Below, piece by piece: positions 51,501 to 64,000 of a stretch of DNA of 64,000 nucleotides (position 1 is the stretch's first letter; each line of letters opens with the position of its first letter). A program made the translations under genes and the position numbers. The DNA comes from Antedon mediterranea. Its lineage: Eukaryota; Animalia; Echinodermata. Location of the stretch: contig NC_092679.1 of NCBI RefSeq assembly GCF_964355755.1, positions 10,275,432-10,339,431 on the forward strand. Reading direction: 5' to 3'. The notes below the pieces were generated by a model, which saw only the letters and a program-made list of their open reading frames with translations, made no database searches and was not told the DNA's origin.

Positions 51501-54500
51501 ACTGTACAAATTATTGAAATATATACAAGTTCTCTACTGTATATGTGACCCGATCTGGCAAAACCCTCTCTTTGTCGGCAATTCAAAATTCACCTAATCA
51601 GTCAAAATACGTCCAAATCGACTACCCTGGCAGATTACATGTTTTTGCATTTTCGAAATATTTCACTATCTAAGAATACGTCTACCTGATTTAAACTCCC
51701 GAAATTTAACTAAAATTATGAAAAAAGAGAGTTTTAAAAACATGTTTTTTCCTCAAGCCTAACAATTTATTCACGATCTACGCTAAAATTTTGCGTAAAT
51801 TCAGTTGAAAGTTGCTGAGTTTTACGACATTTTGATCGCCAGTTCGCTGCACAATGTTGAAAGGTCACCCATCAAAATAAAGCTCATCCATTTGACATTC
51901 CAAATATGGAAGTTTTAGGGCGGAGTTTAAAGAAGGAACCAATGAAAACTTTGATTTACTATGACATCATTTCAGAAAATTCGGTTCTTCGAAGTTTCTG
52001 GAACAGCGAACTGCGTGTGTTGCTATGGCGCATCATCGCAATAACAAACGTTATTGGTCAACGCGCTAGATGTTATACGCTCTACGCGCGGAAATAAAAA
52101 GTTGTTTACATTTTTGTGAGGTTATTTTTATTTTACACACAGCATGTCGTAAATTGGAATAAAAACGATTTTAATATTCAAAGTAAAGTGTTCTGCAATA
52201 GCTGTAGTGTGTATTTGTTTATTCCATAGTAAAATAGACAAGTCAAAAACAATTCACGTCATAAATTCAATTGTATTTTCTATATTTTTTTGGGCTAGTA
52301 GGCCCTAGGCCTAATTTTATTATGGTTGTAGGCCTACTACTCACTGGGCCTAGCTTTATATTATTGTCAATAGTTTTATTTATACATTTTATATATCCAA
52401 TCGGCTCTTAATTATTTATTTAATTTATTGTCCATTCCTTTCATATTAAATGTTTTTTTAAATCATTGGATTCAAGCCCAAACATCACAGCGAATCTTCC
52501 ACGTTATAAAAAAAAACAAATGTAATCGTCAATACAGTGTAATGTTAGCTTGCAATTAGCTGTGACTCTGCAAGGCGCCTAACTTGTCTAGACTAACGCT
52601 AGCCCCCGTGTCGATGCACCGCTGCCATACACGGCCTGATGAACACCCATCATCAGTAGGTCTTAATACAGGCGATGACGGCGAAAATCTGAATAGGGGC
52701 GGCTAGGCCTAGGCCTGCTTGGTTTTTTGCCGTTGATATCGTAAACACTTCCGAAACCAGTTAACATTAACTTGGTAGTTATAATGCTGCTTTTCAATAG
52801 TGCAAAATAGTTAATTCGAGTGACTAAATAGGTTAAAACGGCGTCTGAAATCAGTCAAATTGAACATAGTGTCCACGCTGCTGCTATATCGCACACACTT
52901 CCTGGAATGACGTCATTGCGCCTTAGACCAAAATAGCGCGTTGCTACGGAGTGAGTTTTCAGCGCGTATCAAAAAGAATTTCATTGCAAACTTCAAACGC
53001 GATTTTCTCGTAAACTAATTGAATGATTTGTAAGTTTTTAAAATATAATAACTTTTTAAATATTTACTCAATTTTTATGAAATAAACACCATTGCAAAGC
53101 TTATGATTCAAATAATCCAAATATATAAAAAAATACAAAATGAATATTTCCGACAAAAGTAGGGTTTTGCCAGATCGGGTCACATATAATTATAAGGCAT
53201 GTAATATGTATATTGTCTTGTATTTTTAAAATAAAACACAAGGTTATGTTCTCCATCTTTTCTCGTCACATGCAAGGTGCATTGTGATTATTGTTAAAAC
53301 GTTTGTTTTTTTAGTGACATAGGCCTAGTATATTTAAAAAATAAATAAATAAAATTTACAATTAATAAAAACATTTGCTTATGACCTACATATAGTATAT
53401 ATACAGACATGCTGAATATTGCAGATTTCATATATTATTACAATTGTCTAAAAACATAATCAAGGGTTACATTTAAAATCTCTTGAAATAAAAAAGGGCT
53501 ACATATTTATATTAAAACTTATACAGCATATTTCATGTTAATATAAAATACAATTGTAAATCGTAGGGAAGAGAGATCTCTAGCACATATATATTTTAAT
53601 TATTCAATTGGTCAAATATCTTGTCTTTACTGTTTTTCCATTTTTGATCAGTATAAAAGGTATACGAATACTCATTATTTATGAGGTTTATAATTTCATT
53701 TCAGACCCCAAATATTTGCAGATTCTTTTTTTTCTGTCGTTTCTAGTTCTTTATATAGAGGATTTATGCCAGTTCTTATACTATGACGTTATCCAAATTC
53801 CTTCACTTGCACTGATGAAGGGCTAGTGTTGCCCGAAAGCTCTGCTAACTTTTCTGGCAGAATTTAACAAGGTGTTGAAATATAGAGATTTTCCCTCAAT
53901 TAGTAATTTGTAAATTTGTTTTCCTATAAGTGTTGAGACTTGTATTTCCTCTTTTTGCAGCTTTGATGCAACGTCCTGTAGAATGTAAAATTAAATAATT
54001 GTTGGAAAACTGGGTGATATCTGGATTTGTATTTAGCCCTCCAACACTGCGTTGTTTAGAAAAATACTGTTGAAACGGATCCTGGTTGAACTTACGGCTC
54101 AAATAAATTCTACTCCTGGTACTTCAAGCAACAACTTAGTGAGCTCAACAGAATTAAAATGAAAATTAATTTAAATATTTTTATTTGCACACATAAAAAG
54201 ATATTGCTATTGTGATGACCCAATTCAAGCTGTTAACGGGTCACAAACTTAATTATAATTGTTTATACCTTTTATCCGTAAGCCAGTAAGTGTTTGTTCG
54301 CTTAAACAGCATTTTGCGTTTCCCGTTCCCACTGTAGACTGATTTTCCCAGTCGTCGATGTATTTCAAAAACACGTCTGTCAGCCACTGAGAATGTAAAA
54401 TTATCAAATAAATGTCTGAATGTAGGTAGGCTGGCTTATCATGCATAATCACATATGAAAAGCCATTTCCTTTATAACATGAAATAAATTTACTGTACCT

Positions 54501-56791
54501 ACAGTACTATACTACAATAAGGAGCAAATATAACTGCATTTTGTTTAATTTGAATAAAGAACTAGAAATTATGACGAGGAGCTACCGTAATAAAACGTTC
54601 GGTATTGGAGCTGCGGTATGGGTTAAGGTCTGGATTTCTTTTATTCCTACCCTCGTAAGAATTCTTAACGTTCAAGCAATCGAAAAATTGAACGTCCTAA
54701 CAAATTGTACCGTTGAGGAAAGCTGTCATCACCAAGTAGCTCTAAAGCGTTAGCAACAGTGCTACTAAGTACCTGTGAGAAAATGTGTTAAATAATATAA
54801 AAAATGTCAAATCAGGAAAGTAGGGTCGGTTGTGACATTATAGGTTCGTTAACATAGCTTTTGATCTTAATACCTATGCTGCAAGGTACACTCGCATCCG
54901 CAATGATGGTGTCAAGTAGATATGCTCGTTCTTTAGTTTATGTAAAATTCTTAGTCCAGGAGATTTCTGTTCAAGACCTATATCATGTTCGTAGATTTTT
55001 ACCAGATGCGACCATTTGATTGGTTTTCCTTTGTTCTGTGGACAAGATTTGTGTTATTGGTTCTACAAAAAATAATGTATTTAACCGATTAAGATTTATC
55101 GGTTTGGATAACGTATAACTTCCATTAGCTTTCTTGAAGTTCTGCTGGACCAAGACTTCTCCCAATTGTTGTGTTGTCTTTATAAGGTGCGGGACATCTG
55201 AGAAGAAATATACGTCTCTATCGCGTGCATACAGGTTAACAGTCTTGTATTGCAGTCGGTAGTCGTCCGTGCTATGCATTAAAAAAAAAAATTCTGTTTG
55301 TGGATGCTCCGTCTGCAATAATCTGCACAGACGTTTAAGCTTAAGAATTCTAGAGCTACAACAATATTCCAGATAATTGGAAATAGTTGGTCCCCTGTCA
55401 TCACTCGACATGGATAATATTATACAATGGGTAAACGGTGACTCGTAAAGATGGCCATCACCATGATTACTAGGACATGCGTTGCGCATTCACTTTGATT
55501 TCCTCCTACTGACATTCGGAACGCTTTGAGTTCTTCATTCAGTGCTCCCAGTTCTGTCATACCGTCGATTTTTCAGGTTTTGTAATATTATAAACCATCC
55601 TGCTCTTGATGTTCATCTATCGATAGGAACAACAACATTCTTTTCATAATCTTTTTGAGAATGAATCTTTATTTTTTTACTAAGTTGTAGATGTTTTATT
55701 CAATTGTATGGCTCAATGTGCAGTGATTAAATCAATGCATGTAAAATAATAATTCGTCATAGTGACAAATTAAATCTGGTTGTTTGTTATTATTGCTCTC
55801 ATTTTCTTTTTTTTATAGGCGCCTGCAGCTTTTGGTTTAGTTTCATTTTTAATGCATGAAAAGGTTGATCGAAGCAGAATACGAAAACATTTATTTGTTT
55901 TTGCTATTGCAGCTCCATTTACAACAATTGTGACATACTTTGGATTAAGTCAAGTAAGATTGTTGTATTCTCTTTCAGTACATACTTTGAAAATGGTTTA
56001 TTTCTGTAGTGTTTAGGAAATAGCTAAGGTAATTTTAGATGGAATTGCCACTTCGAGTTACTTATTAATAAAATTAAACTTTTTTTTAAAATTGATGGTA
56101 GAACAAATGATTTATTTGAACTGAATAATTGTTACATTACACTATTTATTTGCATATTATACTGTACTTCCTTGTGGTCCCATCACCTGTAATGTTTTAT
56201 TAATTGAAATTTCCCAAATAAAGTCTACTGAATAATTTCTTCTCATTATTATTATATCACTATTCTTATTTTGAATAGTCAAGTAAGAAGGTTTTATTCT
56301 CTTTCCGTACATAAATTGAAAATGTTTTCTGTAGTGTTTGGATGGAAATAGCTATATAATCATTGAACTGAATAATTGCTACATTTACACTATTTATTTA
56401 CATATTATACTGTACCATTTTCCCTCTGGTCTCATCTGTGATGTTATACAGTATAAATTAAAATTGTCTAAAAATAGTGCACTGAATAATTTTATTTTCA
56501 TTTTATTCTCTCCTGTTCTTTTATTTGCAGACAAGTAAAGAGGCATTATCATCAATAAATGCAACAGGGATAGCTATGTTGTTTTCTGCTGGAACATTCC
56601 TGTATGTTGCTACTGTACATGTTTTACCAGAGATAGCTAATCTTGGTCACTCACATTCCCATGGTTTAACTGTCCCAGATGCTGAAAGCTTTACAGAGAA
56701 TAGAAGCTCAGGATTTTCAAAACTAGAGGTTATTGCTGTAGTTGTTGGATGTATATCACCACTATTTTTATCACTAGGACATCACCATTGA
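39460..56791 (+). CDS. SLC39A9: Zinc transporter ZIP9, 310 aa; exons 39460-39555, 41909-42014, 45320-45502, 51185-51336, 55819-55953, 56531-56791
   Basis: Six GT-AG exons join in frame (933 nt): [26 protein letters not shown]..., [58 protein letters not shown]-terminal GHHH. Confidence 0.96.
41909..42014 (+). CDS. SLC39A9: SLC39A9 exon 2
   Basis: aacag|AGTAAAATG...GAA A|gtaagt. Confidence 0.94.
45320..45502 (+). CDS. SLC39A9: SLC39A9 exon 3 (His-rich loop, TM3)
   Basis: ttgcag|AAGAT...CCA G|gtatta; a NAGNAG alternative acceptor is possible. Confidence 0.93.
47148..48347. mobile_element. Possible Harbinger-like non-autonomous element
   Basis: Imperfect TIR GTTTATACAACACGCT / AGCGTGTTGTATAAAC with TAA flanks. 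Confidence 0.45.
48991..49272 (-). pseudogene. BEN-domain-like fragment, probably transposon-borne
   Basis: [11 protein letters not shown]...KLDP...VK...WKRCLQSID...R pattern typical of BEN domain C-terminal helices. Confidence 0.5.
49308..49825. mobile_element. MITE
   Basis: TIR (T)AGGGAGGTTTCGCAACCTTAC / GTAAGATTGCGAAACCTCTCT(A) with extended inverted subrepeats. Confidence 0.75.
50255..50855 (-). pseudogene. LINE RT fragment in ZIP9 intron 3
   Basis: [21 protein letters not shown]...FTYLGH...YCSPLW. Confidence 0.85.
51185..51336 (+). CDS. SLC39A9: SLC39A9 exon 4
   Basis: ttacag|GAGAT...CATAAG|gtatgt; [14 protein letters not shown]...IMLHK. Confidence 0.95.
51544..53184. mobile_element. 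Non-autonomous TIR DNA transposon (unclassified), TATA flanks
   Basis: TIR TGTGACCCGATCTGGCAAAACCCT...TTTGTCGG at both ends. Confidence 0.85.
53809..53845 (+). ncRNA. Minimal hammerhead ribozyme in a solo Penelope pseudo-LTR fragment (53777-53858)
   Basis: Core identical to 33728-33764. Confidence 0.75.
53880..55700 (-). pseudogene. P-element/THAP9-like transposase relic
   Basis: [11 protein letters not shown] (DxxH motif), [47 protein letters not shown]; fragmented. Confidence 0.82.
55819..55953 (+). CDS. SLC39A9: SLC39A9 exon 5
   Basis: ttatag|GCGCCT...AGTCAA|gtaaga; [13 protein letters not shown]. Confidence 0.95.
56531..56791 (+). CDS. SLC39A9: SLC39A9 exon 6
   Basis: ttgcag|ACAAGT...CACCATTGA. 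Confidence 0.95.
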   Translation, partial: TSKEALSSINATGIAMLFSAGTFLYVATVHVLPEIANLGHSHSHGLTVPDAESFTENRSSGFSKLEVIAVVVGCISPLFLSLGHHH

Positions 56792-57603
56792 GGTTAACTA
56801 TACATTTTGCAATTTGGGGCACTATACTTAGTCAAAACTTTCTGTATCCTGTATCCCAGTGATTTGAGGCCAAGACATTTTAGTTGTATTGCAATATTGA
56901 GAAATGGGGTCAAGGATCAAATGTGACATTAGAGCAAATATAAATATGTACATTTTGAATAAGTCTTGAAATATCAACTCTCTAGCATAAGTGGTTTTTG
57001 AGATATGAGAAGACTGTAACGTGACCCCCTATATTTGCATATTTAATTTAACTTGTACTATACTAATTTGCATACTTTTGAGGTGTGTGACAAAGGTATG
57101 ATTTTGTAAATTACAAAACTGTCCTATGCTGGTTAATAGAAACCTGTATCCAAGTCTCTACAGACATTTTAGTTACAATATGCAAATATTGATAAATTTT
57201 GTCAAGGGTCAAATGTCGTACTTCCAGTAATTTTTTCGCAAAATATTTCATGAGAGCAAATATAAATATATACATTTTGAATAAATTCAGTGAAAAACTC
57301 TTTCTGACAAGTAGTTTTTGAGATACGGTAACCCTGTAATTTCACACTAACTTGCATAAAGCTAATTTGCATATCATCAGGATGAGGTGAGATGCTCAAA
57401 TGTTGATCTCATCATATCTGTCCATTTCAACAACAAAAATCTCTGTTTGCAATTTGTTAAACTCAAAATGCTAGATTGCCTAGCTTATATATACTGTAAA
57501 GAACAACATTTCCGTGCACCCTTTAACGATCCCAAAAATAAAGAGTGTGCAAAAATTGTGAAATCTTGAAAAATAGTTAGTGTTTGTTCAGGTGTAATTA
57601 AAC

Positions 57604-59205
57604 ACTAGACATGAAACTCGTCACTTTGACGAGTTAGTTATCCGCACCACGACAAACGCCACGTGCACGTCATACGTTGGAATATTGCACACAGATAAAG
57701 ATTATGGCATTATGACAAGAACTGAAGAATATGATATGCTGTTAGTGCTGAATTCTGTCAATTTTGTGTCATATAGTATATACATGCAAACAGTATAATC
57801 TGTATACATATTACATACAGTGTAGAATAGGTGAAATTACGGGACCCGCCATTTATTCCAATTTTTAACATGGCGACGGTATCAAAATGAAACACTTAGA
57901 TAGCAATTTCAGAAGGAAATTATCTTAGGAACAACATATTAACGTGTAGAAGAAATTTGAATACGTAAAATATAGATGCGCACCCTTTTAAATGTGATGA
58001 ACTATTACGCAAAATATAAAAATACAACTTTTTTTATTCAACTGGCCATATGATGACGTCACAACATCCGATTGGCAAAATGTTTACATGAATTCGTATC
58101 TACAATCCAATTGCTTCCAGAAAACGTTTTAATCGTGATTATCACATTTTATTCTTACGAGCTATTACAGAATAAAATTTACTGTAAAGATGAAATTAAT
58201 GACCCACGTAATTAAAATTTTTAGGCATGATGACGTCATAAAAATTAAAATATTTTTATCTCATGCTAAAGAAAGTTGATTGACCTACACAATGTATAAA
58301 TGTAGGAGAAAAAGGAAAACAGATAAGCGTGATGCGCTCCATTGAATGTGATGAGCAATAACGAAAGAGACAAAAATCCTATATTTTACATTCGTGTGGC
58401 CATACGATGACGTCACAATGTTTTTTTAGCCTTATCGATGCATGATCCGATATCTACAACTCATCAACTTCTAGATTTTGTAATAAAAATAAACGGTTCA
58501 CGGTTTACTTTAGAAACTATGACTGTTTAAAAAAAGACAAAATTTTGACGATTTTTTAAGCTTTTTCATAAAAAACGCGCATGAAATGTTTAATTCAACG
58601 TGTTCGTGTGGCGTTATTTAAATTGGAAAAGGTCTAAATTGTTTTCAAAATTACTAGGAAAGACTTGAAAAATATAATTCAAGAAAAAAAAAATGTTTTT
58701 AACGCTACGTGCGCACCGCGTGCGTAAAAAATTGCGCGCCCGTGGGAATTTTTGACATGCTCAAAATGACAAGAAACGCATAAAAAGTTGATTAGAAATT
58801 AATTTTGCGCATTTTGAAATTTTAAATGCGCGTGCGTGCGTAACTTCTTGTGAAACATGCCATTTCTAATCCGTAGAAAGTTTGCCCCTGATATTACTTA
58901 AATTTTGTCAAAGTGTCAATACTAAATGACTTTTGGTTTTTAATCTATGATCAATCATTGAAATTCATAAAATTGCGCGTAAGTCACGTTGCGCAACTAT
59001 GACGTCATTCAAAAATAGGAGGTGCACAACTTCACGTAAATGCCCATATGTTGTCAAAGTTATGAAATGTTATGTTTACACATTTTAGAGAAACGCGATC
59101 CACAAAAAGGAAGGATGGAAAGAAGAATAATACAGAAAAAAAATGTTGATCTCATACAATAACAAGGAGTTATCCGCTTGGTATACCAAGCGGATAACTA
59201 ATTAA
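57604..59205 (-). mobile_element. HINE-like element, same family as 26005-29939
   Basis: CTAG + AACTCGTCA-CTT-TGACGAGTT hairpin + AGTTATCCGC at left; palindromic AGTTATCCGC..GCGGATAACT at right; collinear internal homology. Confidence 0.75.
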
Positions 59206-59829
59206 AATAAATTGCAACCGACCGAAAATGCTAGGCCCTCCACACAGACTGCCTACACAGCCTGCGCTGCCTCGCTCAAACCAATGATGAAATTCCTCCG
59301 GGGAGCCATCGTCATGCTTGGCGCCGTGGGAGGATTGATCGCTCAAATAATGTTTGAATTGGAATTTTAAAAAAGCTTACAACCTTTCTTGACTTGACGA
59401 ATCCTAAATCATATCAAATCAAGTTGTAATGTGTCCATAAAGTAATTATTCTACATGTGTAGGCCTAGCTTGTGTTGTAGCAAACGGCAAAAGTACCATC
59501 GCCATGCTCTCCAGAAATCCATCCGTCTGTTCGTTGTAGAAACAACAATAATTTGGTACATTAATTATGGGGGTGGTCCCTATCTAAGAGCCTATTAAAC
59601 ATGTGCATCACCCACTGTGTAGCCAAAACATTTATTTATTTACATCCCTATATTTACAATCGCGTATTCTGTAATTTTACTAACGTTTTGAAGTTTATCG
59701 CGGAGGTAAAATACATTCACCAATTTGGTTCAACAAGTTGCACAAGAAACTGAAATCGCGAAAATAAGGTTGCGAAATAGTTAAATGTAAAATCACGAAT
59801 ATTTCGGGCTTTACAGTAGTCCTGTTTAT

Positions 59830-59995
59830 TAGCGAGTGAGTGGCCAAGCGGTTAAGATGATGGAACTGTAATAGTGGTGGTAGAATTAGTCTTCTCAGAT
59901 AAGAACTATAAACCGTATGTCCAGTGTACACATCTGGCTCATGTGCACTTTAAAGAGCCTAGTACATCTTTCAAGATGAATAGGGGGTTACCACT
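59830..59995 (+). mobile_element. Truncated Deu/Nin-like SINE
   Basis: Aligns to 17728-17935 with a deletion. Confidence 0.7.
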
Positions 59996-61559
59996 GTCAC
60001 ACACAGACACTCAAATACCTTGGGAGCCATACTGATTTTTTCCACAAATCAAATATCAAAATCCAAAATGGATGCAAACAGAAACCTCTACCTACAGAAC
60101 ACACTTGAGAAATATAATGGCGTCTTTGTTTTCAAGAAATCTTGATAAGACTATAATATTCAGTAGTTCTATTGTTGAAATATGTTCAAAATATATTAGA
60201 AAATGCTATATCCAAAATCTATCTGCCCAGTATAAGTGACCTAATTTGCATAAAATCTTCCATCCTAATTATCTCTTAAAAAACATAAATTTTTTAAGAA
60301 TTTTGTATAAGAATGTAATAAACATGATCCTAAAGATTCAGAAAAATGTATTTGATTTGTCTTTAAGGTCAAAGGTCATTCATTCCAGTATGCCATCTAA
60401 AATATGCTAATATTTCTTAATCTAATAGGTATTTTAGATAAAAATGTAAATACAAATATAAACCCTTAATATTCAGAATAGCACATTTGATTTGTCATAT
60501 TACCCTGGGGTCAATAGTCACAATATAAAAACATTCAAATTAATCTTTAAATCAACGCGATCAACAAATTGACTGCATCTACGCCTAGTGGTAGATACAA
60601 TCTCCAGACTATCTAAGCCTACAGTATATAGCGCCCCATATGGCTTTTGATAAAATACTAATGTATGGCTGAAGAGGTAGTGCCTGGGTCTCGCAACGCC
60701 ATGCTGTAGCCCACAGCTGGGGTTCGAAACTGGTATTTTTATTTTTTTTTTTTTGCTCACTATCTTCTTTGTTGACCATCTTTTCTTACTAAGAGGATGT
60801 TTTTCTTTAGGTTACGAGAAAGAGGGCATTCACACGAGTAGGCCTATTTATACAACTATAATGCTAACCCTAGCTCTAGCCTACTCTTCTTAATTAAAAG
60901 AGTCCGGTGCGTCGAATCCACGTCTAGCAACGGTCGCGGGTTGGTTGAATCTTTTTTTTTTTTTAGAATTAAAAAATTAAATAAAATTAATTCAACCCCC
61001 CCCCCCCCCCCTAGTTGATATCGTTAAATATTAATTATTACCTATTTTAGACACATTTGACCTCTAATATATATGTTTCACTAAACCGATTTTGAAAATA
61101 AAATATTTTAGTAAATACAGTGTAGGCCTATTTATACACGATATTATGTCTTAATGGATAGAGATTGAGTATAGTGTCCCATACCCTTGGTCTTGCCTCA
61201 TTTTGATGAAACTTTGCCAAAACTGCTATAAACTGTAATATCAATATTAAGTCATTTAATATTGAAGTATTTATTATACACACTTTTCAAATAATTGACG
61301 TTAAAATGTATGGTAACTTTTTGGTTTCTATTTTTGTGAACAGGACACATAGCCAGTCTTGTTTTCATGTTGATGCTGAATTGTGTTTTAAAAATTGTTA
61401 AAGATTAAGAATAAAACGATAAACTATGATTACTCTATACTTGTGTACCTCTGTTTAACTTTCGTTTGTTGCATTGTTGGTGCACACAACTGTGAAGTAA
61501 TACAAATCATGCACTCCACCCGAGCTTTACAAATTTCGATCTTTCAAATTCACAAGTTA

Positions 61560-61740
61560 TTTTTCAAAGCTTCTTTTGCCTGTATGTATGTCGTACCTTT
61601 ATTTGGTAGCATTTCAAGTTATCTGGGCCAATGAAGTGTAGTGCTCTCTTCCTTACATCAGCAGTAACGTTCGCTGCCACTAGGTAGCCTGTCAAACCAA
61701 ACCATTCTTGTATTGTTGGATCAAAATATTTAGACATTGT
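61560..61740 (-). pseudogene. Possible LTR-retrotransposon gag N-terminal relic
   Basis: FDPTIQEW...YLVAANV...RKRALHFIG resembles Gypsy-type gag starts; short and degraded. Confidence 0.3.
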
Positions 61741-64000
61741 TGCTTACATTATAATGTTAACAGAGTTCAATTATCTACAATTCCAGTCAAAGCCTGGCTA
61801 ACCGTTAGCTTTAAGGTTTTGTGCTTAAGGCAGAACCTTGTTTGTTTTTAATTATCTTATCCTTGGGGTACGTCGTAAAATATTTAAGATTGACAACTGA
61901 GGCGGGTCTTGGTTGGGAATAATGTAGCAGTACATCCAATCGTAAACATGCTAGTCGGTGACTTGGTTCTTTCGACTTTAAAATGAAGTGCATACTATTT
62001 AACTATTGATTGGTGTTAAAAAAGTATTTCAGAAAAATTAGGCTTAGGCCTATACATTTTTTATTACAAATATCGCATTGAAACTAATTTAATCTAACAC
62101 TTGTTGTTTAAGTGTAGGCCTGTACGGTATCCATACACTTTATTAACATGGGTGTTCGAAAACTCCTTGAATTTAAACAGTATGTTATTTTGTTTTTTTA
62201 CGCTTTGCTGGTCACGACATTTGTCACCTCTGCAAAATCCTGTAAAAGTATAAATGCTTGTACTATTAATAAAACAAATTTTCGTATGCCTATAGCATAG
62301 TAGTTTACGATACAATGTTGTTTTAATTGTTAATTTTGAAACATATTTAATGCGGTTTTCATACCCTTTATAATTTGCTAAAACACGCGCAGTACATGTG
62401 ATGACGGCTATTAATTCGCATGTTTATACATTTAGGAGCTTTTCTCTCTAATAATTTCTAATGTATTAATGTTACAACACTCGGCACCACTGCTTTGATT
62501 ACATAATCAACTGATAACGCTGTTGATGTAGATTACAGACCCTTCCTGTAAACAAAGGGGTATTATGCGCAGCAATATTAAGTCCAGTCGATACTTCATT
62601 CATTGTAATACTCTTACCGCTTTCACTAAGCGCCGTATTAATTTAGTTTTTGACTATTATTTAAGAATATTTTCAATAAATGTTTATGGTGCGTTTCGTG
62701 TTAATATGTATATATAGGACTATACATTATAAACAAAAATATTACAATAGACACAGTACTAATAATAACAATATTTAATTTGTAAAGTTGCACCATAGGT
62801 TGTTCAACCATAAGCCAATGGTTAAAAAACATAAAATACAGTAATAAAACTTCTTCCAACCATGAATAATGTGACTAGTTTACCTTTGAAATGAACTAAT
62901 CTACAGAAAGTTTATTCTTGAATTAAAAATAATAAATAGGTTGTTATTATGTTTATATTATATCACGATGCTTAAAAAGTGATAATTCCAACGATACCAT
63001 GTAAAAAATTTTTATCTTCATATGTCATACCGGTACTTAATAATAATTGTTTGTAAATGAAGTTATTATGTTTGGTAGTAAGTAATCAAAACTAAAATGG
63101 ACAGTAGTCTGGATAGTTAAGAGTGCTTGTTGAGTTACAATGGCGAATACGTTATATAAGTAACTAGGTCTAAACAACAGAGAGAAACAAATATACAGCA
63201 CCAAGAATGCAAATAATCTTAAATGTTAGCTAACAAAACAGTAATAAAAGTTATTTTAATATGCAAATAAAACACATTTTTTTTCATTCCAAATGTATAA
63301 TCATTACAACTCCCTGATATCACAAATTTCAATTGGAAGGCACACGTCATTCCAAACGGATAGCACACTACTTCAATTGGATAGCACATCATTCCAAATG
63401 GATAGCACACTATTTCAATTGGGTATAAAAAATACTTTCCGAATTTAAAAACATTTGAAACTTCTTTTATATGTTCAATATAGGTTGCTCTATTCACAGA
63501 AACAAAATTTCATTCATGAACGTATTTTGTTGGTTGTTTTTTTCAAAATCGTTATTATGTTTAAAAAATGCATTGGAATTGTATGGTCTTTCATAAGTGT
63601 ACATTTTGTAAAAACGTAAATTTAAAAAATCAGTAATATGGCTCGATAGTTATTTTTTTTTTGCAATATGGATGGAGCAACCTATATTGAACATTTATAC
63701 CAAGTATCAAATGTTTTTGAATACGAAAAATATTTTTATCGATGTTTTTTGTATTTGTTTTAAGCAAAATTCTATCCATAACCCTAATTTTTAATGTTCA
63801 ATGTGATATTTATTGAAGTGCTTTGAATACGTTGATGAAATTTGGAGGTATGAAACTTGGTTTGGAGTAGAATCAGCTTCCAGCATGAAATGTTAAAAAT
63901 ATGTTTATATTACTCATTAATTAATAATAATTATTAATAAATTAATTGAAAACTAGAGAGGGCGCTTTTCGACAAGAAAATGAATGTTTTTTTATTTGTG

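Noticed and set aside
60920-60935. RFX X-box-like GTCTAGCAAC
   Set aside because: Single short motif with no identifiable downstream exon; could be chance or part of a repeat.
63335-63425. Short 34-bp period repeat and the overlapping 92-aa ORF
   Set aside because: Small local duplication; the ORF has no recognisable features.

Overview
AT-rich, repeat-dense eukaryotic genomic DNA. It is probably from an invertebrate deuterostome such as an echinoderm, inferred from Deu/Nin-domain SINEs and the intron positions. Two intact spliced host genes lie on the + strand: ERH (4 exons, 2746-12449, 102 aa) and the zinc transporter ZIP9/SLC39A9 (6 exons, 39460-56791, 310 aa). The rest is a mosaic of mobile elements. 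The main ones are: (1) a decayed tyrosine-recombinase retrotransposon (Ngaro/PAT type, split direct repeats A1..B1-A2-B2, ~18125-24810, minus strand) with an unusual array of nine bulged hairpins downstream of its recombinase and a Harbinger Myb/SANT fold-back in its 5' part; (2) an L2-type LINE split by nested Helentron-like and Academ-like inserts; (3) a Penelope-like GIY-YIG end with minimal hammerhead ribozymes, interrupted by a P-type element; (4) a P/THAP9 transposase relic. There are also several MITEs, SINEs and minisatellites. All calls were read by eye; no database searches were run.
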